Virus record (IMG/VR): IMGVR_UViG_3300027798_000117 | Coordinates: 1-36,471 of that record | Source of the DNA: a virus | Lineage: Duplodnaviria > Caudoviricetes | DNA: 36,471 nt | Strand: one strand, 5' to 3' | Shown here: positions 21,438-29,154 of the stretch, in pieces | Position numbering within the stretch: position 1 is the stretch's first letter | Layout of the letters: each line of letters opens with the position of its first letter | Program-made: the position numbers and the translations under genes | The notes under the pieces: model-generated | Databases searched by the model: none | What the model was told of the DNA's origin: nothing | The model's input: the letters and a program-made list of their open reading frames with translations, nothing else

Positions 21438-22361
21438 ATGGCACGTTATAATACCGTAGTATCGTCTACGTCAACAACGACAACAGCATCATTGTTAACG
21501 CCTAATGCAGGATTGTTTACAAAATTTACTGGAACTGCTCCGTACACTGTGACCATTGGCGATCCAGTACCCTTTGCTGGTCAACAACAGGTATTTTATA
21601 ACGCTACAACTGGAGACATCACAATAACATTTACGCCAGTCAGCGGCGGTGTGTTTATTGGGCCAGCTTCCAGCGGCACAACTTCACAAGTGATTCCAGC
21701 AAGTTCTACTCTAACACTATACAGTGATGGCGTTAACTGGGCAACAGCATTTGACGGTGGCGGAGCATTGGTAGCCACATCTGGTTCGTTCAGCGGAGCT
21801 GTTAGTATGACAGCAACCACTGGCTCATTTGCAATTAACAGTAACAAGTTCACAGTTGATCATGCGGCTGGTAACACACTGGTAGCTGGTACACTCACTG
21901 TGACTGGCGCTGTAATTTTAAACAGCACAGACAGTGCCACACTGCCAAGAGGCACAACTGCTCAACGCAATGCCACTGGCGTTGCAGGTATGTTGCGTTA
22001 TAATAGTGATAAAAAATATGTTGAAGTTTATAATTCTCAAGGTTGGCAATCAGTAGGTGTAAATTCATGGAACTATGTGGATTTTGCCAATGCTGGTGGT
22101 ACTGCGGCGGCTGGAGACTTTTGTTGGGTAAGTACAAGTAGCAGTGCAGTGACAGTCACATTGCCAGGAAGTCCACTCAAAGGCGATACAATTCGCTTTG
22201 TTGACGTGGCAAGAACATTCAACGCTAGAAACTTAACTGTGGCACGTAACGGTCAACCAATTCAAGGTGACGCGGCAGATTTAACAGTAAATACAAACGG
22301 CGCGGCATTTGATTTAATTTATTATAATGCCACATACGGTTGGAGAATCTTCTCAATCTAA
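21438..22361 (+). CDS. Tail-fibre-like protein (307 aa)
   Basis: LPRGTTAQR..GMLRYNSD fibre motif; C-terminal VTLPGSPLKGDTIRFVD..NLTVARNG..IQG..YYNATYGW domain of the kind seen in T4-like fibre proteins. Confidence 0.75.
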   Translation: MARYNTVVSSTSTTTTASLLTPNAGLFTKFTGTAPYTVTIGDPVPFAGQQQVFYNATTGDITITFTPVSGGVFIGPASSGTTSQVIPASSTLTLYSDGVNWATAFDGGGALVATSGSFSGAVSMTATTGSFAINSNKFTVDHAAGNTLVAGTLTVTGAVILNSTDSATLPRGTTAQRNATGVAGMLRYNSDKKYVEVYNSQGWQSVGVNSWNYVDFANAGGTAAAGDFCWVSTSSSAVTVTLPGSPLKGDTIRFVDVARTFNARNLTVARNGQPIQGDAADLTVNTNGAAFDLIYYNATYGWRIFSI

Positions 22362-22379
22362 AAAGATTATTGGAAAATT

Positions 22380-23159
22380 ATGGCAAATTATCAAGATTAC
22401 AGGCAGGTACCTGGGGACCAGATAGCAAACACATCAGTCACTAGTGCAAAACTAAGCATTGACGCACGTCATTGCTTTTGCACAAAGTGGTTTTTTGGAA
22501 GTCCAGATCAGTGTGCAACCGGTTGTTGCTGTCAATGGCAAGTGCCAGAAGGTGTGCGTAGAGCGCATTTTGAAATATGGGGCGCTGGTGGCAATGGCCA
22601 CGGATCATGTGTGTGTGATCGTTGCTCGCGTATGAAAGGCGCCGGCGGCGGGTTTTATAACAGTAAAATGATTTCAACTTGCGATGCTTGGCAATACACA
22701 GTATGTGCTGGCGGAGTTTATCGTTGTCTAAGTCAAGAATGTCAAGGATGTAACGGCTGTACAAGTTATGTTAACGGATGCAACTTGGCTAACTTCTGTG
22801 CTATTGGTGGTGCTACTGGCTGTCAAGAAGGCAGTTTCTTAAGCCCATGTTTCAGTTACTGGGAATGCTGTGTGGGTCCGGTGGCCAACGGCGGCGATTT
22901 TGGAATGGGCAATCATGCTGGTGTATGGTCAGGCGCATGGAATTGCCATTGTCATTGCCAGTGGACCACAATGACTGCGGCTCCGTTCTTGGGTGGCAGT
23001 AATGAACACCATGCTCAAGTTTGTTGGATGCGTTGCGGTTGCTGGACTAGCCCTTACGGAATGGGCGGTGGTGGTGCATTTTCTTCGTACTGCGGTACAG
23101 TATGTTGCGGCCAGGGTGCTACAGGCGGCGCTGGCGTAGTTAAAATAACATATCAGTAA
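22380..23159 (+). CDS. Cys-rich glycine-rich-domain protein 1 (putative fibre-tip adhesin)
   Basis: 30 Cys in 259 aa; W-x-VP-x-GV..FEIWGAGGNG..GAGGG..GATGGAGVVKITY glycine-rich domain signature. Confidence 0.75.
   Translation: MANYQDYRQVPGDQIANTSVTSAKLSIDARHCFCTKWFFGSPDQCATGCCCQWQVPEGVRRAHFEIWGAGGNGHGSCVCDRCSRMKGAGGGFYNSKMISTCDAWQYTVCAGGVYRCLSQECQGCNGCTSYVNGCNLANFCAIGGATGCQEGSFLSPCFSYWECCVGPVANGGDFGMGNHAGVWSGAWNCHCHCQWTTMTAAPFLGGSNEHHAQVCWMRCGCWTSPYGMGGGGAFSSYCGTVCCGQGATGGAGVVKITYQ
22689..22727 (+). repeat. 39-bp exact direct repeat, copy 1 (copy 2 at 23482..23520)
   Basis: TGGCAATACACAGTATGTGCTGGCGGAGTTTATCGTTGT is identical in Cys-rich genes 1 and 2. Confidence 0.9.
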
Positions 23160-23179
23160 ATAGGAATAATAAATGGCAA
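23156..23179 (+). repeat. 24-bp exact gene-junction repeat, copy 1 (stop, TAAATA, RBS, start)
   Basis: GTAAATAGGAATAATAAATGGCAA, also at 23955..23978. Confidence 0.9.
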
Positions 23180-23958
23180 CATATTCAAGTTATAGAGTAC
23201 TAGCTCCAGAAGAAATTGCTGATGGTGCATTATGCGATGCAAATTTTAATGCAGATACAGCAAAGAATTTTGGAGTAAAATGGGTCTATGGTGATCCTGG
23301 CAACTGCACACCAGGCTGTTGCTGTTTGTGGACAACGCCAAGTTATGTGCAAAAAATAACATTTGATGTTTGGGGTGCAGGCGGAAATGGTCACGGAGCA
23401 TGTGTATGCGATCGTTGCCAACACTTTCAAGGTGCAGGTGGTGGCGGCTATGTTCAAAAAACATTGGCCACATGCCCAGGCTGGCAATACACAGTATGTG
23501 CTGGCGGAGTTTATCGTTGTAACAGTATTGAATGTGTGGCCTGTAATGGTTGTGCAAGTTATGTAAACGGATGTAATATAAGCGGCAACTTTTGTGCCTG
23601 CGGCGGGAATAGTGGATGTGCTACAGGCGACTGGAACACATATTGTAACGGCTGTTTTGCTTATTGTCGTGCTCCAAATGCCAACGGCGCTGATATGAAT
23701 ATTGTGCCTTGGGCACCACCCTGGACCGGCGCAAACGTGTTTTGTCACTGTCACAACCAAGAAACCATGCAAGGCACTGCTCCACTTATTGGAACACAAA
23801 CTATTGGAATTCTACGCGAATGCTGGATGCGCTGTGGTTGCTGGACTAGCCCGTACGGTAATGGTGGACAAGGCGCTATGAGTACATACTGTGGTACTGT
23901 GTGCTGTGGTCAAGGTGCCACTGGTGGCTCAGGTTTAGTTAAAATAACCTACATGTAA
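23173..23958 (+). CDS. Cys-rich glycine-rich-domain protein 2
   Basis: 29 Cys in 261 aa; AGGA RBS; colinear paralogue of 22380..23159. Confidence 0.75.
   Translation: MATYSSYRVLAPEEIADGALCDANFNADTAKNFGVKWVYGDPGNCTPGCCCLWTTPSYVQKITFDVWGAGGNGHGACVCDRCQHFQGAGGGGYVQKTLATCPGWQYTVCAGGVYRCNSIECVACNGCASYVNGCNISGNFCACGGNSGCATGDWNTYCNGCFAYCRAPNANGADMNIVPWAPPWTGANVFCHCHNQETMQGTAPLIGTQTIGILRECWMRCGCWTSPYGNGGQGAMSTYCGTVCCGQGATGGSGLVKITYM
23482..23520 (+). repeat. 39-bp exact direct repeat, copy 2
   Basis: Identical to 22689..22727. Confidence 0.9.
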
Positions 23959-23978
23959 ATAGGAATAATAAATGGCAA
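23955..23978 (+). repeat. 24-bp exact gene-junction repeat, copy 2
   Basis: Identical to 23156..23179. Confidence 0.9.
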
Positions 23979-24781
23979 GCTATACAAGTTACAAGGCAGG
24001 TAGGGTCACAGCAGTTAATATTGTTGCTGGAGCAATTACCAACGATCAATTAGCACCGGGGGTACGTGATACTTACAGTACATTCTGGGTATACGGTGAT
24101 CCTAACTTTTGTACACCGGGCTGTTGCTGTCAATGGACAGTGCCAGGCGGTGTAAAAGCTGTGAAATTTGAAGCATGGGGCGCTGGCGGAAATGGTGCAG
24201 GTGCTTGTGTATGTGATCGTTGCCAGCACTGGATGGGAGCCAGCGGCGGCATGCACAATCAGGTGGCTGTGTGTGCTTTTCCAGGATGTCAATATACCAT
24301 TTGTGCGGCAGGTGTGTACCGTTGTTTGAGCATTGAATGTAGAGGAGAGAACGGCTGTACCAGTTATGTGAACGGCTATAATTTAAGTAACTTTTGTGCA
24401 TGTGGAGGCGGCGCCGGCTGTTCAAACGGTAGCTGGACTGATTCATGTGCATCATACATGCACAGTTGTCAAAATTCAGGAACTCCAGGCGGACATTTTT
24501 CAAACTTCACACACAACGGTGCATTTTCTGCGGCAGGTCCTTACACATATCCAGGTGACGCATGTCACTGTTGGAAACGATATAACCAATCCACAGCGGC
24601 TCCTGGAATAAATACTGGCGGCAATTACACCAGTCTTGCAGAATGCTGGATGCGTTGTGGTTGCTGGACAGTGCCGTATGCTTCAGGCGGAATGAGCGCA
24701 CAAAGCACATATTGCGGTACAGTATGTTGCGGACAGGGCGGAACAGGTGGTTCCGGATTGGTTAAAATAACATACTTTTAA
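23972..24781 (+). CDS. Cys-rich glycine-rich-domain protein 3
   Basis: 26 Cys in 269 aa; AGGA RBS; colinear paralogue (GCCC, CVCDRC, CWMRCGCW, YCGTVCCGQG). Confidence 0.75.
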   Translation: MASYTSYKAGRVTAVNIVAGAITNDQLAPGVRDTYSTFWVYGDPNFCTPGCCCQWTVPGGVKAVKFEAWGAGGNGAGACVCDRCQHWMGASGGMHNQVAVCAFPGCQYTICAAGVYRCLSIECRGENGCTSYVNGYNLSNFCACGGGAGCSNGSWTDSCASYMHSCQNSGTPGGHFSNFTHNGAFSAAGPYTYPGDACHCWKRYNQSTAAPGINTGGNYTSLAECWMRCGCWTVPYASGGMSAQSTYCGTVCCGQGGTGGSGLVKITYF

Positions 24782-24783
24782 TT

Positions 24784-24791
24784 AATAAATA
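24784..24791 (+). promoter_or_regulatory. Putative T4-type late promoter (AATAAATA)
   Basis: Intergenic, upstream of an AGGAG RBS and the ATG at 24812. Confidence 0.55.
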
Positions 24792-24811
24792 AGACACTAG
24801 GAGATATACAA

Positions 24812-25528
24812 ATGGCAATGGTTTCAGTAGAATATGAATACGATATACCCAATCAGTTTTATACTGATCACAGCTTTACACAGGGTAAAAAGCGTACAAC
24901 AACCTATGATGGTCCTGATAAGATTTTTCTTATCGTTGACGAAATCACCGGAAAGGAAACTGCCGGCCCTATTACGGAAGAAGAAAAAGCAGACGGTCGT
25001 CCTTTACCACTGGGAAGCAGATACTTTGAAGTGGATTGCATTGAAAATCCATTATTTTGTCAACTTCGCGGCCCTGTTATTGACGAAGCTGAAGACGATC
25101 ATAGCCACTCAGTGCCGCATCCAGACAGCCCGGACATTCCAGGCTTCAAACAATTGACTTATCAAGAGCCGTTGTTGGTGCGTAACATTTACGACAAATA
25201 CTGCACTGAAGTAAATTTAGAAACTGGAGCATTAACTATTCCAGTGTTTACTCCACTTGAAGCACTGTTTGGTCATGCCATGAAAGAAGAAGTAACATGG
25301 GAGTATATTCGTCGCAAGCGTAATTATGAACTTGCCGCCACTGACGGGAATATTAACATTGACACTCCAGAAAAATTAAAAGCAGTTTGGCTAACATATC
25401 GTCAAGCACTGCGCGATTTGCCAGTAGTTTTAGCAAATGTTCCGCCAGCAATTGCATTGAGAATGTTTCCAGAGCATCCAGATGACGGTAAACCACCACA
25501 AGGTGACTACACCCAAGCTATCATTTAA
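24812..25528 (+). CDS. Phage tail-fibre assembly chaperone-like protein with acidic N-terminal extension
   Basis: C-terminal WEYIRRKRNYELAATD...WLTYRQALRDLP..FPEHP signature; AGGAG RBS; directly follows the fibre genes. Confidence 0.8.
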   Translation: MAMVSVEYEYDIPNQFYTDHSFTQGKKRTTTYDGPDKIFLIVDEITGKETAGPITEEEKADGRPLPLGSRYFEVDCIENPLFCQLRGPVIDEAEDDHSHSVPHPDSPDIPGFKQLTYQEPLLVRNIYDKYCTEVNLETGALTIPVFTPLEALFGHAMKEEVTWEYIRRKRNYELAATDGNINIDTPEKLKAVWLTYRQALRDLPVVLANVPPAIALRMFPEHPDDGKPPQGDYTQAII

Positions 25529-25546
25529 TTGGTTACTTATTGATAG

Positions 25547-25577
25547 AAAAGCACAATTTAGGTTGTGCTTTTTTTTT
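25547..25577 (+). terminator. Rho-independent terminator closing the structural module
   Basis: Stem AAAAGCACAA / TTGTGCTTTT with TTTAGG loop, running into a 9-T tract. Confidence 0.85.
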
Positions 25578-25591
25578 GGCTGTGCTATACT
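25563..25591 (+). promoter_or_regulatory. Putative sigma70-type promoter with extended -10
   Basis: TTGTGC (25563-25568), 17-nt spacer, TATACT (25586-25591) preceded by TGTGn. Confidence 0.5.
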
Positions 25592-25594
25592 AGC

Positions 25595-25602
25595 TATAAA
25601 TA
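25595..25602 (+). promoter_or_regulatory. T4-type late promoter TATAAATA
   Basis: Perfect match to the T4 gp55 consensus, 24 nt upstream of the ATG at 25627. Confidence 0.7.
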
Positions 25603-25626
25603 TCTCACAATCTAAAAGGTATACCA

Positions 25627-26658
25627 ATGTCAAGATCTTCAGCGTTTTTTATCAACGGCGGCGCAGGCCGCGTTATATGCTCTATTCCAGCTTTTGAAAA
25701 ATTTATAGAAGAATCGCCCGAAGATGATTTTATTATCGTGTGCGAAGGCGGTATGGATTTCTTCAAAGGACATCCCACACTGCACAACAGAGCGTATGAC
25801 GTGGGGCACAAAGGATTGTTTGACCAGTTTATCAAAGATAGAAATTGTGTCACTCCTGAACCTTACAGATTGTGGGAGTACTACAATCAAAAGTGTAGCC
25901 TAGCACAGGCATTTGACATTATCATCAATAACAAAGGCATACGAACACTTACAGATCCAAAAGTTTATATTAATAAATTAGAAATGGTACAGGGTGCCAA
26001 TGTAGTGGAAGAAATCAAACAAGTCACAGGCTTTGACAAGGTGATTGTTATACAACCATTTGGTCGTAGTGTTGAAACTATTGGCGATTTTATCATTGAC
26101 AGCACTTCGCGCAGTTTCCAACTAAACAATGTTATCAGTATCATTGATATTCTCAAAAAAGAATACGGCATAATCATCATGAGTGAAGTTCCGCTGAAGT
26201 TAACTGATAACGATGCAGGCAAATTTCCAGTTGCACAACCGCAAATACCCAACCTACGCGGCTGGTCTGGAGTTATCCAAGTGGCAGATCATTTCTTGGG
26301 TTGCGACAGTGTGGGCCAACACATTGTGAAAGCACTGGGTAAAACAGCAACCATCATTACTGGAAGCACGTATCCTATCAATATTTCTTATCCCAACGAT
26401 CCAGATTTTGATATTATCGATGTGGGCGAAGGCAAACGTGTTTACAGTCCAATACGTGTGGCCATGGACGAGGAACGTGACCGCTTGAATGATGAAGTCA
26501 TGGAGCTATCTGAAAAACAAATCAAAGAAGTAGTTGATGCAATACGCAAACGTCTTGGCAAATCGTCTAAAAAGACCGGTACTGAAGAAATAGAACAGAA
26601 AAAAACTAAACTGGTGCCTGGTACTACTCCAGTGCCCACATATAACACAGGGAAATAA
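25627..26658 (+). CDS. GT-B glycosyltransferase, GT9 (ADP-heptose transferase)-like
   Basis: N-terminal INGGAGRVICSIP; central IVIQPFG; C-terminal IQVADHFLGCDSVGQHIVKALGKTATIITGST matches the GT9 D-[ST]-x3-H-x3-A-x-G pattern. Confidence 0.7.
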   Translation: MSRSSAFFINGGAGRVICSIPAFEKFIEESPEDDFIIVCEGGMDFFKGHPTLHNRAYDVGHKGLFDQFIKDRNCVTPEPYRLWEYYNQKCSLAQAFDIIINNKGIRTLTDPKVYINKLEMVQGANVVEEIKQVTGFDKVIVIQPFGRSVETIGDFIIDSTSRSFQLNNVISIIDILKKEYGIIIMSEVPLKLTDNDAGKFPVAQPQIPNLRGWSGVIQVADHFLGCDSVGQHIVKALGKTATIITGSTYPINISYPNDPDFDIIDVGEGKRVYSPIRVAMDEERDRLNDEVMELSEKQIKEVVDAIRKRLGKSSKKTGTEEIEQKKTKLVPGTTPVPTYNTGK

Positions 26659-26660
26659 TT

Positions 26661-28475
26661 ATGAGTTTATGGATTGCAGGCGTAACACGCGGCCACAATG
26701 CAGGTGTATGTCTTTTAAAAGATGGCGAAATTGTATTCTCCAGTGAGGAAGAACGTTTTAGTCGACACAAATACGATGGCGGGCCATTTGCGGCCATGGT
26801 TAAAATTAGAGAATACACTGATAAACTGGATTACCTAGTGATTGCACACACACAGACTTTGGAATCCAGCGCGGCCCGTGTGGACTTTACGGGTGACGAT
26901 GTGTATACTGGCTTGGCACGTAAATTAGGACTCATTGACCAAAGTCCAGGCATTGACATTTATAATCATCCGCAAGTTATTGATTATAGTGAACAACATC
27001 ACAAGCTACATGCTTCTATTGCATTTTATCGTAGTGGCTTCAAAGAAGCAGTAGCACTTATTGTGGATGGTGCTGGTACATTTTTAAAAATTAATTCATC
27101 TAACGGTCCAGCAACAGCGTGGGAATTAGAAAGTATTTTTGAATGTCGTTATCCTGCTGAATTTAAAACATTGTATAGACACATTGGCGGCAACGGTCCT
27201 TGGGTACAAGCACATATACCAGATATGGATTCCACTGCAATCAAAGGTGAATACGGCACACATGAGTGTATTATAGATGACACTGCTGGAATTACCAAAG
27301 CATACGAAGCAGTTACACGTTACTGTGGCTGGCAACCTATTGAAGCTGGCAAGACCATGGGGTTATTTCCTTATGGTAAACCCAACGACAAGATTCCTAA
27401 ACTGTATTCAGACATAGATGGCAAAGCAAAGTGGAAAACAACTGATAGAAATATAGTCGTTCCTACCTATCCTAACGGCGCAGTTATTAATGATGGCAGA
27501 TATGCTGAATTATCCACTCCTGAAAATTACAACAAGGACGTCACACTATTACAAAATCGCAGAGACATGGCGTATGCAGTACAAACACAAAGTCAAGACA
27601 TGGTTGTGGACTTGATTCGCAAGTCTGTTGAAATGTCTGGTCACAACAATGTGGTTATTTGTGGTGGTTATGGATTAAATTGTGTTGCCAACTACCATTA
27701 TCTAGATGCACTTAAAGATGAAGGCATTAATATATACGTAGAACCCATATCTAGCGATGCAGGTACTTGTATTGGTGCGGCACTGGCCATGCACTATCAA
27801 ATTACCAAAGACAAGCGAGTACGGCCTTATGCAGAAAGTTTATATCTAGGTCCTACATATCGTTACAGTGACGAACAAATTCAAACTACTGCTGACAAGT
27901 ATGATGCTGACAGTGTAGAAACTGTTACTAAAGAACAAGTAGTGGCATTGTTACGTAAGAAAAATATTGTGGCCATGTTCCAAGGCGGAGCAGAAGCTGG
28001 CCCACGTGCGCTGGGCAATCGTAGTTTGTTATTTGATCCAACAAATCTTGACGGTAAAGACTATGTGAATCGTGTGAAACGCCGTGAATACTTTCGCCCA
28101 TTTGCCGGCAGTATCTTGCATGAACACGCACACGAGTGGTTTGATATGCGTGGGCTAGAACAAAGCCCGCATATGATGTATGCTATGAATTGCCAGCCGG
28201 GTGTTGCTGAAAAGATTCCCAGCATTATTCACGTGGATGGCACTTGCCGTATACAAACAGTCAAGCGTGAACAGAACGAACACTACTATGATTTGATTAC
28301 GGAGTTTTATAAAGAGTCTGGTATGCCTATTTTGTTCAACACCAGCTTTAATCTCGGTGGCGAACCGCTAGTTGAAACACTAGACGATGCACTACGTACA
28401 CTTGCCAACAGTGAAATAGAATATTTGTACTTGCCAGAGTACAACAAATTAATCAAGGTGTCTAACAATGGATAA
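26661..28475 (+). CDS. Carbamoyltransferase, NodU/CmcH/TobZ family
   Basis: EEERFSRHK, HHKLHA, VDGAG, AGKTMGL, GGYGLNCVAN, SDAGTCIGAA, EAGPRALGNRS, KRREYFRPFA, HVDGTCRIQTV, NTSFN motifs. Confidence 0.95.
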   Translation: MSLWIAGVTRGHNAGVCLLKDGEIVFSSEEERFSRHKYDGGPFAAMVKIREYTDKLDYLVIAHTQTLESSAARVDFTGDDVYTGLARKLGLIDQSPGIDIYNHPQVIDYSEQHHKLHASIAFYRSGFKEAVALIVDGAGTFLKINSSNGPATAWELESIFECRYPAEFKTLYRHIGGNGPWVQAHIPDMDSTAIKGEYGTHECIIDDTAGITKAYEAVTRYCGWQPIEAGKTMGLFPYGKPNDKIPKLYSDIDGKAKWKTTDRNIVVPTYPNGAVINDGRYAELSTPENYNKDVTLLQNRRDMAYAVQTQSQDMVVDLIRKSVEMSGHNNVVICGGYGLNCVANYHYLDALKDEGINIYVEPISSDAGTCIGAALAMHYQITKDKRVRPYAESLYLGPTYRYSDEQIQTTADKYDADSVETVTKEQVVALLRKKNIVAMFQGGAEAGPRALGNRSLLFDPTNLDGKDYVNRVKRREYFRPFAGSILHEHAHEWFDMRGLEQSPHMMYAMNCQPGVAEKIPSIIHVDGTCRIQTVKREQNEHYYDLITEFYKESGMPILFNTSFNLGGEPLVETLDDALRTLANSEIEYLYLPEYNKLIKVSNNG

Positions 28476-29154
28476 TAATTTATGGGTTTTTGGAGACAGC
28501 TTTTCAGCGCATCCGGAAGAAGATTGTGGTTTTAATTTATGGCCTGAATTGGTAGGAAGACATTTTAAATTAACACAATATGTCAACTGGGCACAAGTGG
28601 GTGTGTCAAACGATTTTATTTTTCACGAATTTACATCTCGTATAAATGAAATGTCGGAAGGTGATTATGTAATCATACAAACCACCACACAAAATAGACA
28701 ATGGTTTTTTGAAGATCCTGCCTTGGGAAATTATCTAATCCGAGATCTTGCAAAATTCATAACTGCCGATCAAAAGAAAGCTGTTGATTACTACATAGAA
28801 CATTTGCAAAGTGACAAAGTGGACTCTTTGCGATATGCACAGTTTAGTTTAGCATTGGAAAGAATTTCAACGCTTGCTAATCATCTAAGAATTCTGGTGT
28901 TGCCTGGTTTTTATTCAATAGCAGGAGTAACTGGATCACTGATAGATATTGCTGACGGCGAACATCGAGACAGCAGTAAAGACGGAATAGAAACATGGTA
29001 CAAAAATAACGGCGGAAAGGATCCTCGTTACATGCATTTGTCAGAAAAAAATCATGCAGTGTTAGCTCAAAAAGTTATTGAATTTTATGAAACTGGAAAA
29101 CATATTGATTTAACCGAAGGATTTTTTAAACACTTTTTAGGAGCTACAGAATGA
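28468..29154 (+). CDS. SGNH/GDSL-like protein (esterase/acyltransferase fold)
   Basis: WVFGDSF block I, GVSN block II, C-terminal D-PRYM-H; overlaps the upstream stop. Confidence 0.65.
   Translation: MDNNLWVFGDSFSAHPEEDCGFNLWPELVGRHFKLTQYVNWAQVGVSNDFIFHEFTSRINEMSEGDYVIIQTTTQNRQWFFEDPALGNYLIRDLAKFITADQKKAVDYYIEHLQSDKVDSLRYAQFSLALERISTLANHLRILVLPGFYSIAGVTGSLIDIADGEHRDSSKDGIETWYKNNGGKDPRYMHLSEKNHAVLAQKVIEFYETGKHIDLTEGFFKHFLGATE

Noticed and set aside
893-21853. Numerous minus-strand Val/Ala/Pro-rich ORFs (for example 4786..5229, 6268..6663, 20595..20969)
   Set aside because: Antisense shadows of Thr/Gly/Ser-rich codons, fully nested in long + strand genes, with no recognisable motifs.
23230-23799. 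189-aa minus-strand ORF
   Set aside because: Antisense to Cys-rich gene 2; its Thr/Ala richness mirrors the TGT/TGC/GGT codons.
22689-23978. CRISPR array or transposon ends suggested by the 39-bp and 24-bp repeats
   Set aside because: Only two copies each, about 800 bp apart, at equivalent positions of paralogous genes; no spacers, cas genes or transposase.
22380-24781. Diversity-generating retroelement (TR/VR) among the Cys-rich paralogues
   Set aside because: Differences between copies involve all bases and mainly third codon positions rather than adenines only; all copies are coding and no reverse transcriptase is in the window.
22380-24781. Multiheme cytochrome or classical RiPP precursor interpretation of the Cys-rich genes
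   Set aside because: No CxxCH heme motifs were seen; the proteins are about 260 aa with a glycine-rich domain frame rather than short leader-core peptides.
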